A stretch of 64,000 bases of DNA from an uncultured cyanobacterium (GTDB lineage: Bacteria > Cyanobacteriota > Cyanobacteriia > Phormidesmidales > Phormidesmidaceae): NCBI GenBank assembly GCA_963793265.1, contig CAWBZI010000001.1:1792001-1856000 (forward strand), written 5' to 3'. This document shows, in pieces, positions 10,858-20,531 of the stretch. A program made the translations under genes and the position numbers. The notes under the pieces were generated by a model, which worked only from the letters and a program-made list of their open reading frames with translations, was not told the DNA's origin and made no database searches. Every line of letters begins with the position of its first letter. Position 1 is the stretch's first letter.

Positions 10858-11466
10858 ATGCCTTCACCCATTGCTCACTCTGTTACAGGCTACGCCCTAG
10901 CCCACATCCCGTTCATCAAGGCTCGCACCTTTCCCAGTCGGCTCTGGCCCATGACGCCGCTCGCCACCCTCTACGCCCTGTTCATCACCAACCTGCCTGA
11001 TCTAGACTTCGTGCCTCAGATCGTCACTGGATTGCGGTTTCATAGAGGCCCCTCACACAGTCTACTGAGCGCCCTTATCGTCAGCAGCCTGCTAGCCGGA
11101 ATCGTTCACTACTACCGCAAGTCTCGTGCAAAACCCGGTCGCTTACTTAACTACAAAAGCCTGTTTACCCTCACCTTCGGGCTCTACAGCTCCCACCTAT
11201 TGCTCGACCTGTTCACCCGTGGCGGCAACGGAATTCCGCTACTTTGGCCCATAACCGACCAGCGGGTTCAGCTTCCTTTTGCTATCTTCCCATCCGTCCA
11301 TCACTCGCTCGGACTCTGGAATGCTAGCCACATAGTCTTTATCAGCGCAGAACTCATCTACTCAGCCTGCCTGCTCACTAGCCTGTGGCTCATCAAATCC
11401 AACGCTCAGCCCAACGCCACTCAGCGCTCCTCAGATTCACAGCCAGATTCACAGCCAGATTCATAG
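10858..11466 (+). CDS. membrane-bound metal-dependent hydrolase (YdjM-like)
   Basis: MPSPIAHS, LPDLDF, FHRGPSHSL, SHLLLDLFT, LLWP motifs. Confidence 0.85.
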   Translation: MPSPIAHSVTGYALAHIPFIKARTFPSRLWPMTPLATLYALFITNLPDLDFVPQIVTGLRFHRGPSHSLLSALIVSSLLAGIVHYYRKSRAKPGRLLNYKSLFTLTFGLYSSHLLLDLFTRGGNGIPLLWPITDQRVQLPFAIFPSVHHSLGLWNASHIVFISAELIYSACLLTSLWLIKSNAQPNATQRSSDSQPDSQPDS

Positions 11467-11467
11467 C
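11432..11467 (+). repeat. 12-bp tandem repeat x3 (CAGATTCACAGC); the third copy supplies the TAG stop
   Basis: CAGATTCACAGC CAGATTCACAGC CAGATTCATAGC. Confidence 0.85.
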
Positions 11468-11468
11468 C

Positions 11469-12284
11469 ATGACTTCGCAACCCGATCAAACGCATCTAGC
11501 CCAAACCCACCTATTAGTAGACGCCCACGTTCACCTGCACGACTGTTTTGATTTAGCGCAGTTCTTAAACGCAGCCCTAACTAATTTTCAAAGGCAAAGC
11601 CAGCAGCTCAAGCTAGCGCCCCCAATCATAGGCGCGCTCCTCCTGGCAGAAGTCAGCGGCGTTAATGCTTTTGCGGAGTTAAAGGCAAACTTGCAGAGTC
11701 TTAATAGCCAGATGTCGGACTGGGAAATTTGCGCCACTGAAGAGGACTGCTCGCTTTGGGTTAAGCACAGCGACGGGCACGCCATGTTGATTGCCGCTGG
11801 TCGGCAGGCGGTAACTCAAGAAGGGATTGAAGTGTTGGCTTTGATGACGGCGGCTGTGGTTCGCGATCGCCTAACCCTATCAGACACCCTAGAGCAAGTG
11901 ATCGCAGCAGGCGGACTACCCGTGCTGCCCTGGGGTGTGGGCAAATGGATTGGCAAACGCGGCGGGCTCGTAAAGCAGCAGCTAGAGACGGCGAATGCGC
12001 CTTTATTTGCTGGTGATAACGGCGGCAGACCAGGCTTTTGGCCTCTGCCCGACTACTTTCAACAGCGCCTGCAGCTACCGGGCACCGATCCCCTACCGCT
12101 GCCTTATGAAGTCAGCCGCGCGGGCAGCTATGGCTTTTTGACTCGGGGCGATATTGACTGGGCTCATCCTTGCAAAAGTCTCAAGCAGATTTTGCTGGCC
12201 GAGAAACCTACTATTCAGGCTTACGGGCGATCGCTCTCTCCCCTAAAATTCATCCAAAGCCAAACCCTCATCCGCCTAAAGTAA
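11469..12284 (+). CDS. hypothetical protein, PHP/amidohydrolase-like metal-binding
   Basis: VDAHVHLH near the N-terminus, LPWGVGKW, GTDPLP near the C-terminus. Confidence 0.6.
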   Translation: MTSQPDQTHLAQTHLLVDAHVHLHDCFDLAQFLNAALTNFQRQSQQLKLAPPIIGALLLAEVSGVNAFAELKANLQSLNSQMSDWEICATEEDCSLWVKHSDGHAMLIAAGRQAVTQEGIEVLALMTAAVVRDRLTLSDTLEQVIAAGGLPVLPWGVGKWIGKRGGLVKQQLETANAPLFAGDNGGRPGFWPLPDYFQQRLQLPGTDPLPLPYEVSRAGSYGFLTRGDIDWAHPCKSLKQILLAEKPTIQAYGRSLSPLKFIQSQTLIRLK

Positions 12285-12324
12285 ATCTCACCCTTTTATA
12301 CGCACTTCTATCCACGCACCTACC

Positions 12325-13062
12325 ATGATCTCCACCCATCCCTTTCCTGAAACTGCCGATATTGAAACGTCTTCAGCCGACTACGCGACCCGGTTCTCAG
12401 GCCCCACGGGTCGGTGGCTATTAGACGTGCAGGCGCAGGCAACGCTGGCGATGCTGAAAGATTATCCGCAGGCCAAAATTTTAGAAGTTGGCGGTGGACA
12501 CGGGCAGCTAACTTCGCACTTAATCGAAGCAGGGCATTCAGTTACTGTGATTGGGAGCGATGAAAGCTGCGAAGAACAGATTCGGCCTTTGGTGGAAGCT
12601 AGGCAGTGCAAGTTTCAGGTCGGTAACGTGCTGGCAATGCCTTATGCCGATAGTGCTTTTGATGTGGTGATTAGCTATCGGTTTTTAGCGCATGTTGAGC
12701 AGTGGCAGGCGTTTATGAGTGAACTCGCGCGGGTGGCGAGCAAAGCTGTGATTGTTGACTATCCAACGTTGCGCAGCGTCAACTACATTACGCCGCTGTT
12801 GTTTTCACTCAAAAAAGGCGTGGAGGGCAATACGCGGCCCTATACCTGCTACGACGAGTCTGAGCTGATGGGCTATGCGAAAAGTGTGGGATTGGAGACG
12901 GGCGATCGCTATCCCCAATTCTTTTGGCCCATGGTCGTTCACCGAATGCTCAAAAAGCCCAAAGTATCAGCACCTTTAGAAAGCAGCGCAAGAGCATTAG
13001 GACTCTCTAAACTTTTTGGCTCACCCGTCATTACTAAATTCGTCAAAGCAGGAGGCAACTAA
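12325..13062 (+). CDS. class I SAM-dependent methyltransferase
   Basis: ILEVGGGHGQ, MPYADSAFDVVISYRFLAHV. Confidence 0.9.
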   Translation: MISTHPFPETADIETSSADYATRFSGPTGRWLLDVQAQATLAMLKDYPQAKILEVGGGHGQLTSHLIEAGHSVTVIGSDESCEEQIRPLVEARQCKFQVGNVLAMPYADSAFDVVISYRFLAHVEQWQAFMSELARVASKAVIVDYPTLRSVNYITPLLFSLKKGVEGNTRPYTCYDESELMGYAKSVGLETGDRYPQFFWPMVVHRMLKKPKVSAPLESSARALGLSKLFGSPVITKFVKAGGN

Positions 13063-13063
13063 C

Positions 13064-14098
13064 ATGGCTGATTCAACCGTAGCGAATACGCAACTGCCGC
13101 CAAATTCGCGCGCTCTAGTCACAGGTGCCACTGGCTTTACCGGATCTGTTCTGGTTCGTAAGCTGGTTGAGCAAGGGGTGGAAGTGGTTGCGATCGCCCG
13201 CCCTACCTCAAACATCCAACAGTTCGACGGACTGCCGATTGAATGGGTAAAAGGCGACGTATTCGACAAAGCCCTAATCGACAACGCCATGCAAAACGTC
13301 ACCCACATTTTCCATATGGTGACCCCCTTCCGCGAAGCCAAATCACCCGATGAAGGCTACTACAACGTGCATGTCCTCAGCACCCAGCACCTTGCAAAAG
13401 CCGCACTCACTCAGCCCAACTTTCAAAGATTCGTCCACGTATCCACCATCGGCGTTCACGGCCACATCGCCAATCCGCCCGCTGATGAAACCTATCGCAC
13501 CGAGCCAGGAGACGTTTATCAGCAGTCTAAGCTAGAAGGCGAAGAGTGGATTAAAGCCTTTGGCAAAGAAAGCGGCCTGCCGGTAACTGTTATCCGACCG
13601 GCTGGTATTTATGGCCCCGGTGAAAAGCGACTGCTCAAAATCTACAAAATGGTCAGCAAAGGCTGGGTGCCTGCCATTGGCAACGGCGGCAATCTTCTGC
13701 ACTTCATTCACGTTGACGATCTCACCGACTGTTTGCTAGTGAGTGCCAACCATCCTAAAGCAGTGGGCGAGACGTTTATTTGTGGTAGCAAAGAGGCGAT
13801 CGCCTTCAAAGATATGGTCGCCCTCATCAGCGAACAATACAACGTCTCCGCCAGATTCATCTCACTCCCCGGCCCGCCCCTATTCGCCATAGCCGACCTC
13901 TGCGAAGCCATCTTCCGCCCCCTCGGTATCGAGCCTCCCATCTATCGCAGACGGCTCGCCTTCTACACCAAAGACCGCTCCTTCGACACCTCAAAAATCA
14001 GAAACCTCCTGGGCTTCACCCCCCACCACTCAGACCAAGAAGGACTCAAAGAACTCGGCCAGTGGTACTTAGATCAGCAGTGGGTTTCTCTGTCATAA
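13064..14098 (+). CDS. NAD-dependent epimerase/dehydratase (extended SDR)
   Basis: LVTGATGFTG, FVHVSTIGVHG, YQQSK (YxxxK), IRPAGIYGPG; GGAGG RBS upstream. Confidence 0.92.
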   Translation: MADSTVANTQLPPNSRALVTGATGFTGSVLVRKLVEQGVEVVAIARPTSNIQQFDGLPIEWVKGDVFDKALIDNAMQNVTHIFHMVTPFREAKSPDEGYYNVHVLSTQHLAKAALTQPNFQRFVHVSTIGVHGHIANPPADETYRTEPGDVYQQSKLEGEEWIKAFGKESGLPVTVIRPAGIYGPGEKRLLKIYKMVSKGWVPAIGNGGNLLHFIHVDDLTDCLLVSANHPKAVGETFICGSKEAIAFKDMVALISEQYNVSARFISLPGPPLFAIADLCEAIFRPLGIEPPIYRRRLAFYTKDRSFDTSKIRNLLGFTPHHSDQEGLKELGQWYLDQQWVSLS

Positions 14099-14141
14099 AC
14101 CGATCCCATACAACAACCCTATAAAGCCGCCCTTAAAACGC

Positions 14142-14903
14142 ATGACACATACCGACAACAGAACGCTGATTAATAAAGTTCCGCTATCGCAACAGCTTAA
14201 TCAGAAAGAGACTTCTCTATTAAAAAGCTATCAAGACAAAGTACTAGGCAACGATTCACTAGCGGCTTTGTTAGGCTATGAGCTAGCGACTCTTCTGTTT
14301 AGTAATCTTTCAGGTGGACTTGGCTACGTCTTAAGGAAACGTTTCTATCGCGGCTTGTTCAAAAGCGTTGGCAGCAGTGCGATTTTCGGGAAAGGCGTTG
14401 TGCTAAGGCATCCCGGCAAAATTTCGCTGGGCGATCGCGTCGCGATAGACGACTACACGCTGCTAGATGCCAGCGGCGCGGGTAAACACATCAGCCTGGG
14501 CGATAGCGTTATTATCTCTCGCAACTGTGTCATTCAGGGCAAAACTGGGTTCGTGGAAATCGGAGATAAAACAGACATTGGCTGCAACACCGTTATCTCT
14601 TCTTGCGCTGGCATTTCAATTGGCAAGTCGGTGCTCATCGCCGGGAACTGCTATATCGGCGGCGGTAGATATGTGTCTGATCGGCTAGACATCCCAATGA
14701 TGGAACAAGGCGTGTATTCCAAAGGGAAAGTCGTTATCAAAGATGGCACCTGGCTGGGCGCGGGCGCGACGGTGTTAGACGGCGTTCAGGTTGGCGAAGG
14801 TTGTATTGTCGGTGCTGGGGCGGTGGTGACTAAAGACTTGCCGGACTATGCGATCGCCGTTGGTGTTCCCGCCAAGGTTATTAAGATGCGATCGCCACAA
14901 TAA
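14142..14903 (+). CDS. hexapeptide-repeat (left-handed beta-helix) O-acyltransferase
   Basis: Repeated [LIV]G hexapeptides; WLGAGATVLDGVQVGEGCIVGAGAVVTKD...VGVPAKVIK. Confidence 0.92.
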   Translation: MTHTDNRTLINKVPLSQQLNQKETSLLKSYQDKVLGNDSLAALLGYELATLLFSNLSGGLGYVLRKRFYRGLFKSVGSSAIFGKGVVLRHPGKISLGDRVAIDDYTLLDASGAGKHISLGDSVIISRNCVIQGKTGFVEIGDKTDIGCNTVISSCAGISIGKSVLIAGNCYIGGGRYVSDRLDIPMMEQGVYSKGKVVIKDGTWLGAGATVLDGVQVGEGCIVGAGAVVTKDLPDYAIAVGVPAKVIKMRSPQ

Positions 14904-14953
14904 AGCATCACCCTGAAAGCACAAAAGAAATCCACACAGCCACGACACCCGAG

Positions 14954-16078
14954 ATGACAGACCCAATCCGCGTAATGCACATTATCGACAAGCTCAGCGT
15001 TTCGGGCTCGGGCGTTCACGGCATCACCAAAGCCTTTGAGTGGTGGATACCCCGCTTCGATCCGCAGCGCTTCAAGCTCAGCGTTTGCTCGCTCAGAGCC
15101 CCCGAAAAGGCGGGTAAAACATTAGAAGAAAAAGGTGCGGACGTCTTCTTTTTAAACAAAGGCAAGTTCGACCCGACCACGCTCACCGACCTGCTCAAGC
15201 TAATCAAGCAGCAAAAGCCCCACGTGCTCCATCTGCACGGCTACGGCGCTAGCAATTTTGGCCGCTTGGCTAGCCTCGTCACCGGCCTGCCAAATATTGT
15301 GCACGAACATGCCGTTTTGCCCAACCAGCCGCTCTATCAAACGGTGGCCGATCGGGTGCTTTCGCCAGTGACCACCAAGGCGATCGCAGTCTCCGCAGGC
15401 GTCGCAAACTTCCTCACCCAGCAGCGCGCGATTCCCAAAAGCAAGCTTGAAACGCTCATTATCGGGCTACCCCTCACCAGCGTTGATAAATACGATGCTC
15501 AAGCCGTCCAGCAAAAGCGCCAGCAGCTCGGCATCGCAGACCACGAAAAAGTCGTCAGCACCATCGGTCGGCTAGACACGCAGAAAGGCCAAATCTATCT
15601 ACTCGAAGCTGCCGCTACCGTCCTAAAAACTCTGCCCGACACTCATTTTCTGATTGTTGGAGACGGCCCCGATCAGGACATGCTAAAGGCAGCAGCCAAA
15701 CAAGGAGGCATCGAGCAAAACGTTATCTTCACAGGCTTCCGTGACGACGTACCCGCTCTTTTAGCAATGTCAGATCTCGTAGCCATGCCTTCACTGTGGG
15801 AAGGGTTACCACTCGCCCTACTCGAAGCGATGAACCTCAACAAAGCGGTCATCGGTACGGCAGCTCCCGGCATCGAAGAAGTGATTCAAGAGGGCGAAAC
15901 CGGCTTTCTTATTCCCACCAAAAACGCTAGCGCCCTCGCTGACAAACTTATCGTGCTGCTGCAAGATCCTCAGCTCACAGCGCGCATGGGCCAAAACGCA
16001 GGAGAAGCATCTAAACAATACGATATTCATCATTCAGTTAAGCGACTTAGCGAAATCTATACGCAGCTAGCTAGCTAA
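14954..16078 (+). CDS. GT4 glycosyltransferase
   Basis: IGRLDTQKG, FTGFRDDV, PSLWEGLPLALLEAM (EX7E). Confidence 0.93.
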   Translation: MTDPIRVMHIIDKLSVSGSGVHGITKAFEWWIPRFDPQRFKLSVCSLRAPEKAGKTLEEKGADVFFLNKGKFDPTTLTDLLKLIKQQKPHVLHLHGYGASNFGRLASLVTGLPNIVHEHAVLPNQPLYQTVADRVLSPVTTKAIAVSAGVANFLTQQRAIPKSKLETLIIGLPLTSVDKYDAQAVQQKRQQLGIADHEKVVSTIGRLDTQKGQIYLLEAAATVLKTLPDTHFLIVGDGPDQDMLKAAAKQGGIEQNVIFTGFRDDVPALLAMSDLVAMPSLWEGLPLALLEAMNLNKAVIGTAAPGIEEVIQEGETGFLIPTKNASALADKLIVLLQDPQLTARMGQNAGEASKQYDIHHSVKRLSEIYTQLAS

Positions 16079-16119
16079 TAGGCTGTATATTTGCAACATT
16101 TAACATTCGTTTTACGTTC

Positions 16120-17049
16120 ATGCCAACAGTTACGCATCCTACCGATTTGCTCCACGAACTCGCTAAGGGAACCACTCTCATTTTCGCTCCTCATATGGAC
16201 GATGCTGTTCTAGGATGCGGCGGCACCTTAGCCAGTTTAGAATCCAAAGAAAATATCCATGTCGTCTACGCCACTGACGGATCGCGATCACCCGTACCCG
16301 ACTCACTGCGCACGGCCAAATCATCGAGTGAACTGCGTACTATCCGCGCCCAAGAAGCCCAGCGCGCGCTCAGCATGTTAGGCGTTCCTCCACAAAATCT
16401 TCACTTCTTAGACTTTCCAGATGGCTCACTATCTCGCTGCCGCAACAAATTCTATCTCGCAGTTGTTGACCTACTAAAGCACCTTCAGCCCACCTGCGTT
16501 TTAATGCCCTTTCGGTACGACTGCCACACCGATCATGTGACCGTGAGTGCGATCGCTACCAAAGCAATCCACTTTCACAATTCCAATATCCAAACCTTCG
16601 AGTACTTTATCTACTACCGCCTTCAGCTTCTCCCCAAAAAAGACCTCCGCACCTACCTCCGCCCCGACTACCTGCTCTCCTCTGATATCAACACCTACTC
16701 ACACCAAAAAAGGCAATCTCTCGAAGCATTTGAAACTCAAACAACCTGCTTTTACCCCTGGCAAACGCGCCCGATGCTGTCTGCCAGCTTATTAGATGAA
16801 GTCTGCCTTACCCCAGAGCTTTTTCTAGACGCTAGCGCATTAGGTTCAAAGACCAGTCCCTTCGCCCAAAGCCCTCGACTCATCCCGCTGATCACCCACG
16901 TAGAACCCGTACTCAAAAAGACGAAAACTCGGGCGCTTCTTTTTCTCAAAACGCTGATCAAATTCATCCGTACGGGTCTAAAAGCTCAGCCTTCCAAACG
17001 TTACAAAAACCGTGATTCTCAAAAAAACAATGGCAACCTTGAAGTCTAG
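16120..17049 (+). CDS. PIG-L/LmbE family N-deacetylase
   Basis: FAPHMDDAVLGCGG, ATDG, RAQEA, FPDG, DCHTDH motifs. Confidence 0.9.
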   Translation: MPTVTHPTDLLHELAKGTTLIFAPHMDDAVLGCGGTLASLESKENIHVVYATDGSRSPVPDSLRTAKSSSELRTIRAQEAQRALSMLGVPPQNLHFLDFPDGSLSRCRNKFYLAVVDLLKHLQPTCVLMPFRYDCHTDHVTVSAIATKAIHFHNSNIQTFEYFIYYRLQLLPKKDLRTYLRPDYLLSSDINTYSHQKRQSLEAFETQTTCFYPWQTRPMLSASLLDEVCLTPELFLDASALGSKTSPFAQSPRLIPLITHVEPVLKKTKTRALLFLKTLIKFIRTGLKAQPSKRYKNRDSQKNNGNLEV

Positions 17050-17539
17050 TCCAAACCAAGTTACTGCGGCTAAGGCTTTAGCGTCTTTTGTTATTCTCAC
17101 CGTTATTTCGATTCAGTCGTACGCAGCCATACTTCACCGAGTCTGTAGTCGCCCGATACCGCTGTTCTGCGCCCTCCCAAAAGAGCCGGGGCTATATCCC
17201 TTTCTCGACTATCCCATGTACAAAACAGCGCACTTAGAAGGGGAATCTATTGATAACTATGCTCTAATTGGCGTCTTTGCAGACAACACTCAAAAACAGC
17301 TAGCACCCTCAGATTTTGGGCTGTCGCTCTATCAGTTCAATCGAGGGCTAGTCGAAGCTGTCAAAACCGATAATCTATCTAAAATACGAGACTACACCAG
17401 CGCTTACAACCAAATAAGCGAGCCGCCGTTTGTACAGCTACAGCTTGAAAATCGTCCCTTAGTAATTACGGCAGACGGGGTGAAAGAAGGCGTTAAAGCA
17501 GAAGTTAACCGAACTCCGGCGGCTTCCCCGGCTAAATAG
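17030..17539 (+). CDS. hypothetical membrane-anchored protein (probable partner of the HTTM protein)
   Basis: N-terminal hydrophobic helix, LYPFLDYPMY motif; overlaps the upstream gene within the operon. Confidence 0.65.
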   Translation: MATLKSSPNQVTAAKALASFVILTVISIQSYAAILHRVCSRPIPLFCALPKEPGLYPFLDYPMYKTAHLEGESIDNYALIGVFADNTQKQLAPSDFGLSLYQFNRGLVEAVKTDNLSKIRDYTSAYNQISEPPFVQLQLENRPLVITADGVKEGVKAEVNRTPAASPAK

Positions 17540-17593
17540 GTCAGTTAACACAATAATCGAACAATCCGTTCAACCATAAAGAAGCGCTAAGCA

Positions 17594-18865
17594 ATGACCG
17601 CCAGCAAAAAACAATTCATACCTCTAAATATATGGAACAACTATTGGTTTCATCCTGCGCCTTCGTTCAATCTGGCAATATGCCGCATTATTATCATCGG
17701 GGTTCAACTGGGCTATCTTCTCGTTGAGGATTATGCGCCCAATGTGATGTCGCAAACAGCGATACCAGGACGCACCTATAGTCCGCTGCCGGTTTTCCAA
17801 CTGCTCAATGCACCTTTTCCTTGGCATGCACCCCCTTCTGCTTTTCTGATAGCGGTTCTCTTAGCGACCTTTGTCTCTGGCGCGTTGTCAGTAGTTGGCT
17901 TCAAGACCAACTTTAATCTGTTGGTATTCGCGCTCGGCAACGTATATATCCAGACCTATCTCTATTCATTCGGATCGTTTCACCATCCCGAAGCGATTAT
18001 GCTAATTGCGCTCTTCATTTTGGCTCTGAGCCCAGCAGGAAAGGCAATTTCAATAGATGATTTTAGCGATCGCCTCAAAAGAAACCTCTACACTCAAAGC
18101 GTTCAACCCACCCACACCCTTCAAGCAAATAGCCTCCTCAGCCGATGGCCTCTACTCCTAATCCAGTGGCTATTCGCCATCACCTACTTTTCCGCCGCTC
18201 TCAACAAGCTCTCCGTAGACGGCCCTGGCCTAGCCTTCAGCGCCAACTGGATGAATGGATACACCCTGCAGTACTACCTCCTCACCGACGGGCTGCTGTG
18301 GAATAGCAGCTTTGGCGTTTGGCTAGGCCACCAGCACCAGCTAGCCATCGTCTCCTCGTGGGTAGCCATCCTCTTTGAAAGCACCATATTCCTCACCCTC
18401 ATTTTCCCCAAGCTCGTTTGGATATACGTTCCCACTGGCATCGCCTTCCATCTCGGTATCTACTTCGCTCAGCGCGCTCCCTTCTTTCAATACCTGCCGC
18501 TCTACGCGGTCTTTATTCCCTGGAGCGCCGTTGCCAAAGCGATCGCTCATCGACTAAAACGGTCGTATCAGCACCATCCGAAGCCTGAACTTATCTACGA
18601 TAGTTCGCGCGCAGGCTGCATTCGCGCGGCGACGTTGCTACGCTATTTTGATTGGAGTGATCGCCTCGCCTACAGCCCGCAGCAAAGCCTCGAACCGCCT
18701 CGACAAAATACGCCGCGCGATGAAAGTAAACTGTCCCTCGCGCAGCCAAACGGCACCCAAATCCAGGGCAATCTGGCATTCCGCAAGGCAATTCGCTACA
18801 TTCCACCGCTCTGGCCGCTGCTACCGCTGACGTATCTACCCACAAACCACCAAGTCGCCCTCTAG
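17594..18865 (+). CDS. HTTM-domain membrane protein with a degenerate C-terminal DCC1-like thiol-disulfide domain
   Basis: WNNYWF..LAICRI, YSFGSFHH, SPAGKAISID, WPLLLIQ...YFSAALNKL, W.NGYTL, FE, FHLGI; C-terminal LIYDSSRAGC...FDW.DRL. Confidence 0.75.
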   Translation: MTASKKQFIPLNIWNNYWFHPAPSFNLAICRIIIIGVQLGYLLVEDYAPNVMSQTAIPGRTYSPLPVFQLLNAPFPWHAPPSAFLIAVLLATFVSGALSVVGFKTNFNLLVFALGNVYIQTYLYSFGSFHHPEAIMLIALFILALSPAGKAISIDDFSDRLKRNLYTQSVQPTHTLQANSLLSRWPLLLIQWLFAITYFSAALNKLSVDGPGLAFSANWMNGYTLQYYLLTDGLLWNSSFGVWLGHQHQLAIVSSWVAILFESTIFLTLIFPKLVWIYVPTGIAFHLGIYFAQRAPFFQYLPLYAVFIPWSAVAKAIAHRLKRSYQHHPKPELIYDSSRAGCIRAATLLRYFDWSDRLAYSPQQSLEPPRQNTPRDESKLSLAQPNGTQIQGNLAFRKAIRYIPPLWPLLPLTYLPTNHQVAL

Positions 18866-18868
18866 CTT

Positions 18869-20065
18869 ATGAAACCCAAAGTTTGCCTGCTCACCGAAAG
18901 CTACTATCCCATCGTTGGCGGCGGCGAAACCCAAAGCCGCATCACCGCAGAAGACCTCGTAGCGCGCGGCTTTGAGGTCATGGTCGTGACGCGCCAGTCA
19001 AACAGTGAGCTAAAGGCTTACGAAGAAATTGGTGCTATTCGCGTGTATCGGCTGCCGCCACAGGGAAAGGGGCATCTAAAGCGATGGGCCATGATTAAAA
19101 ACGTGCTGCCGCTGCTGATCAAAAAGCGACATGAATTCGATGTTGTTCTTGTCTGCGGCTACCGGTCGCTCGGCATACCCGCCACCATTGTCAGTCAGCT
19201 CTGCCACAAAACCTGTATTCTCAAAGCAGATAACAATGGTGAAATGTCGGGAGCCTTTTTTGCAGGCGGTCTCGAAAAGTGGAATCTGAAGCCATCGTCC
19301 TGGCCAGTACGGCTTATTCTTTGGGGTAGAAATGGCCTGTTCAAAAGGGCAGATGCCTTTGTAAGCTTGTCGTTAGCCATCAGCCATGAGCTGAGTCAAG
19401 CGGGCATTCCCTCCCAAAAAGTTTGGACAATTCCTAACTCTGTTGATGTTGAGAAATTTCATCCCGTCAGCGCGCAGGTCAAAGCAGAACTTCGTCAGAA
19501 GCTAGGACTGCCTAAAGATGAAAAGATTGTCGTTTATACCGGCAGGCTGCTCACAACTAAAGGATTGCCTTTGTTGATAGAAGTTTGGAAATCCATCCAG
19601 CCGATGTACCCAAATGTGAAGCTACTCATCGTCGGCGGTGGATCGAAAGACATTCACGACTGTGAAGATTACTTACGCGACTTCGTAAAAAACAACGACC
19701 TTACTGATAGCGTGCTCCTCACAGGAGATGTTAGCAACGTAGATGAATATCTTAAGACTTCTGATATCTTCGTATTTCCGACTGACAATGAAGCATTCGG
19801 AATTTCGCTGATTGAGGCAATGGCCTGTGGTCTACCTGTGATCGCAACCCCAGATGGTGGACCTAAAGATATTATTACATCAGAAGAAAACGGCCTGTTT
19901 GCTGAATTCGGTAACTTTGAGCAGCTAAAACAAGCTATAGAAACGCTAATTGCTTCATCCTCAAAAGCGCGAACCCTTGGCGAAAACGCCTTAAAAACAG
20001 TCCAGGAACGCTACACGCGAACGGCAGTTGCCGAGCAGTATGTGGAGCTATTAACTCAAAAATAA
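18869..20065 (+). CDS. GT4 glycosyltransferase
   Basis: YYPIVGGGE, IPNSVD, YTGRLLTTKG, EAFGISLIEAMACGLPVI. Confidence 0.93.
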   Translation: MKPKVCLLTESYYPIVGGGETQSRITAEDLVARGFEVMVVTRQSNSELKAYEEIGAIRVYRLPPQGKGHLKRWAMIKNVLPLLIKKRHEFDVVLVCGYRSLGIPATIVSQLCHKTCILKADNNGEMSGAFFAGGLEKWNLKPSSWPVRLILWGRNGLFKRADAFVSLSLAISHELSQAGIPSQKVWTIPNSVDVEKFHPVSAQVKAELRQKLGLPKDEKIVVYTGRLLTTKGLPLLIEVWKSIQPMYPNVKLLIVGGGSKDIHDCEDYLRDFVKNNDLTDSVLLTGDVSNVDEYLKTSDIFVFPTDNEAFGISLIEAMACGLPVIATPDGGPKDIITSEENGLFAEFGNFEQLKQAIETLIASSSKARTLGENALKTVQERYTRTAVAEQYVELLTQK

Positions 20066-20362
20066 TCGCGGCAACCTGTCTTTGAGTTTGTACAAATTCG
20101 ATTAGTTTCGCAAAGCGTTAGTTTTCTAACGTTTAGACAAAATAAAGTGAACTTAATGAAGGAGTTATCAAGAATACGGAGGTTTATTGACGCCATTGAG
20201 TGCTTCTACGTATGTTAATCACGTGCATAGACATATCAAATAAATAGAAACTATTAGCTTGAGCAGCTTAACGCTTCAGGGGCGATAGTTTTACTTAAGG
20301 GTGTAGGCAAAAAGTTCCCAAGCAATATCGGACAAATCAATAGCATCGATAGATCTACCTGT

Positions 20363-20376
20363 CCGTAAAAATACTG
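20363..20376. promoter_or_regulatory. candidate transcription-factor site CCGTAAAAATACTG
   Basis: Reverse complement of 5549-5562; upstream of the PA14 protein gene. Confidence 0.5.
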
Positions 20377-20531
20377 ACTTCTCACGGAATACGCCTTTTT
20401 GGTGGCGTATCTGGTTGGCAAGCCACAGAACTTTGACACACAAGAGTCAGCAACAAAACCGTCTTCCATAAACGATCCATGCGGCGGACATTCCTATAGC
20501 GCCTGCCTTCAAAAACCTTGAAACGAACGAT

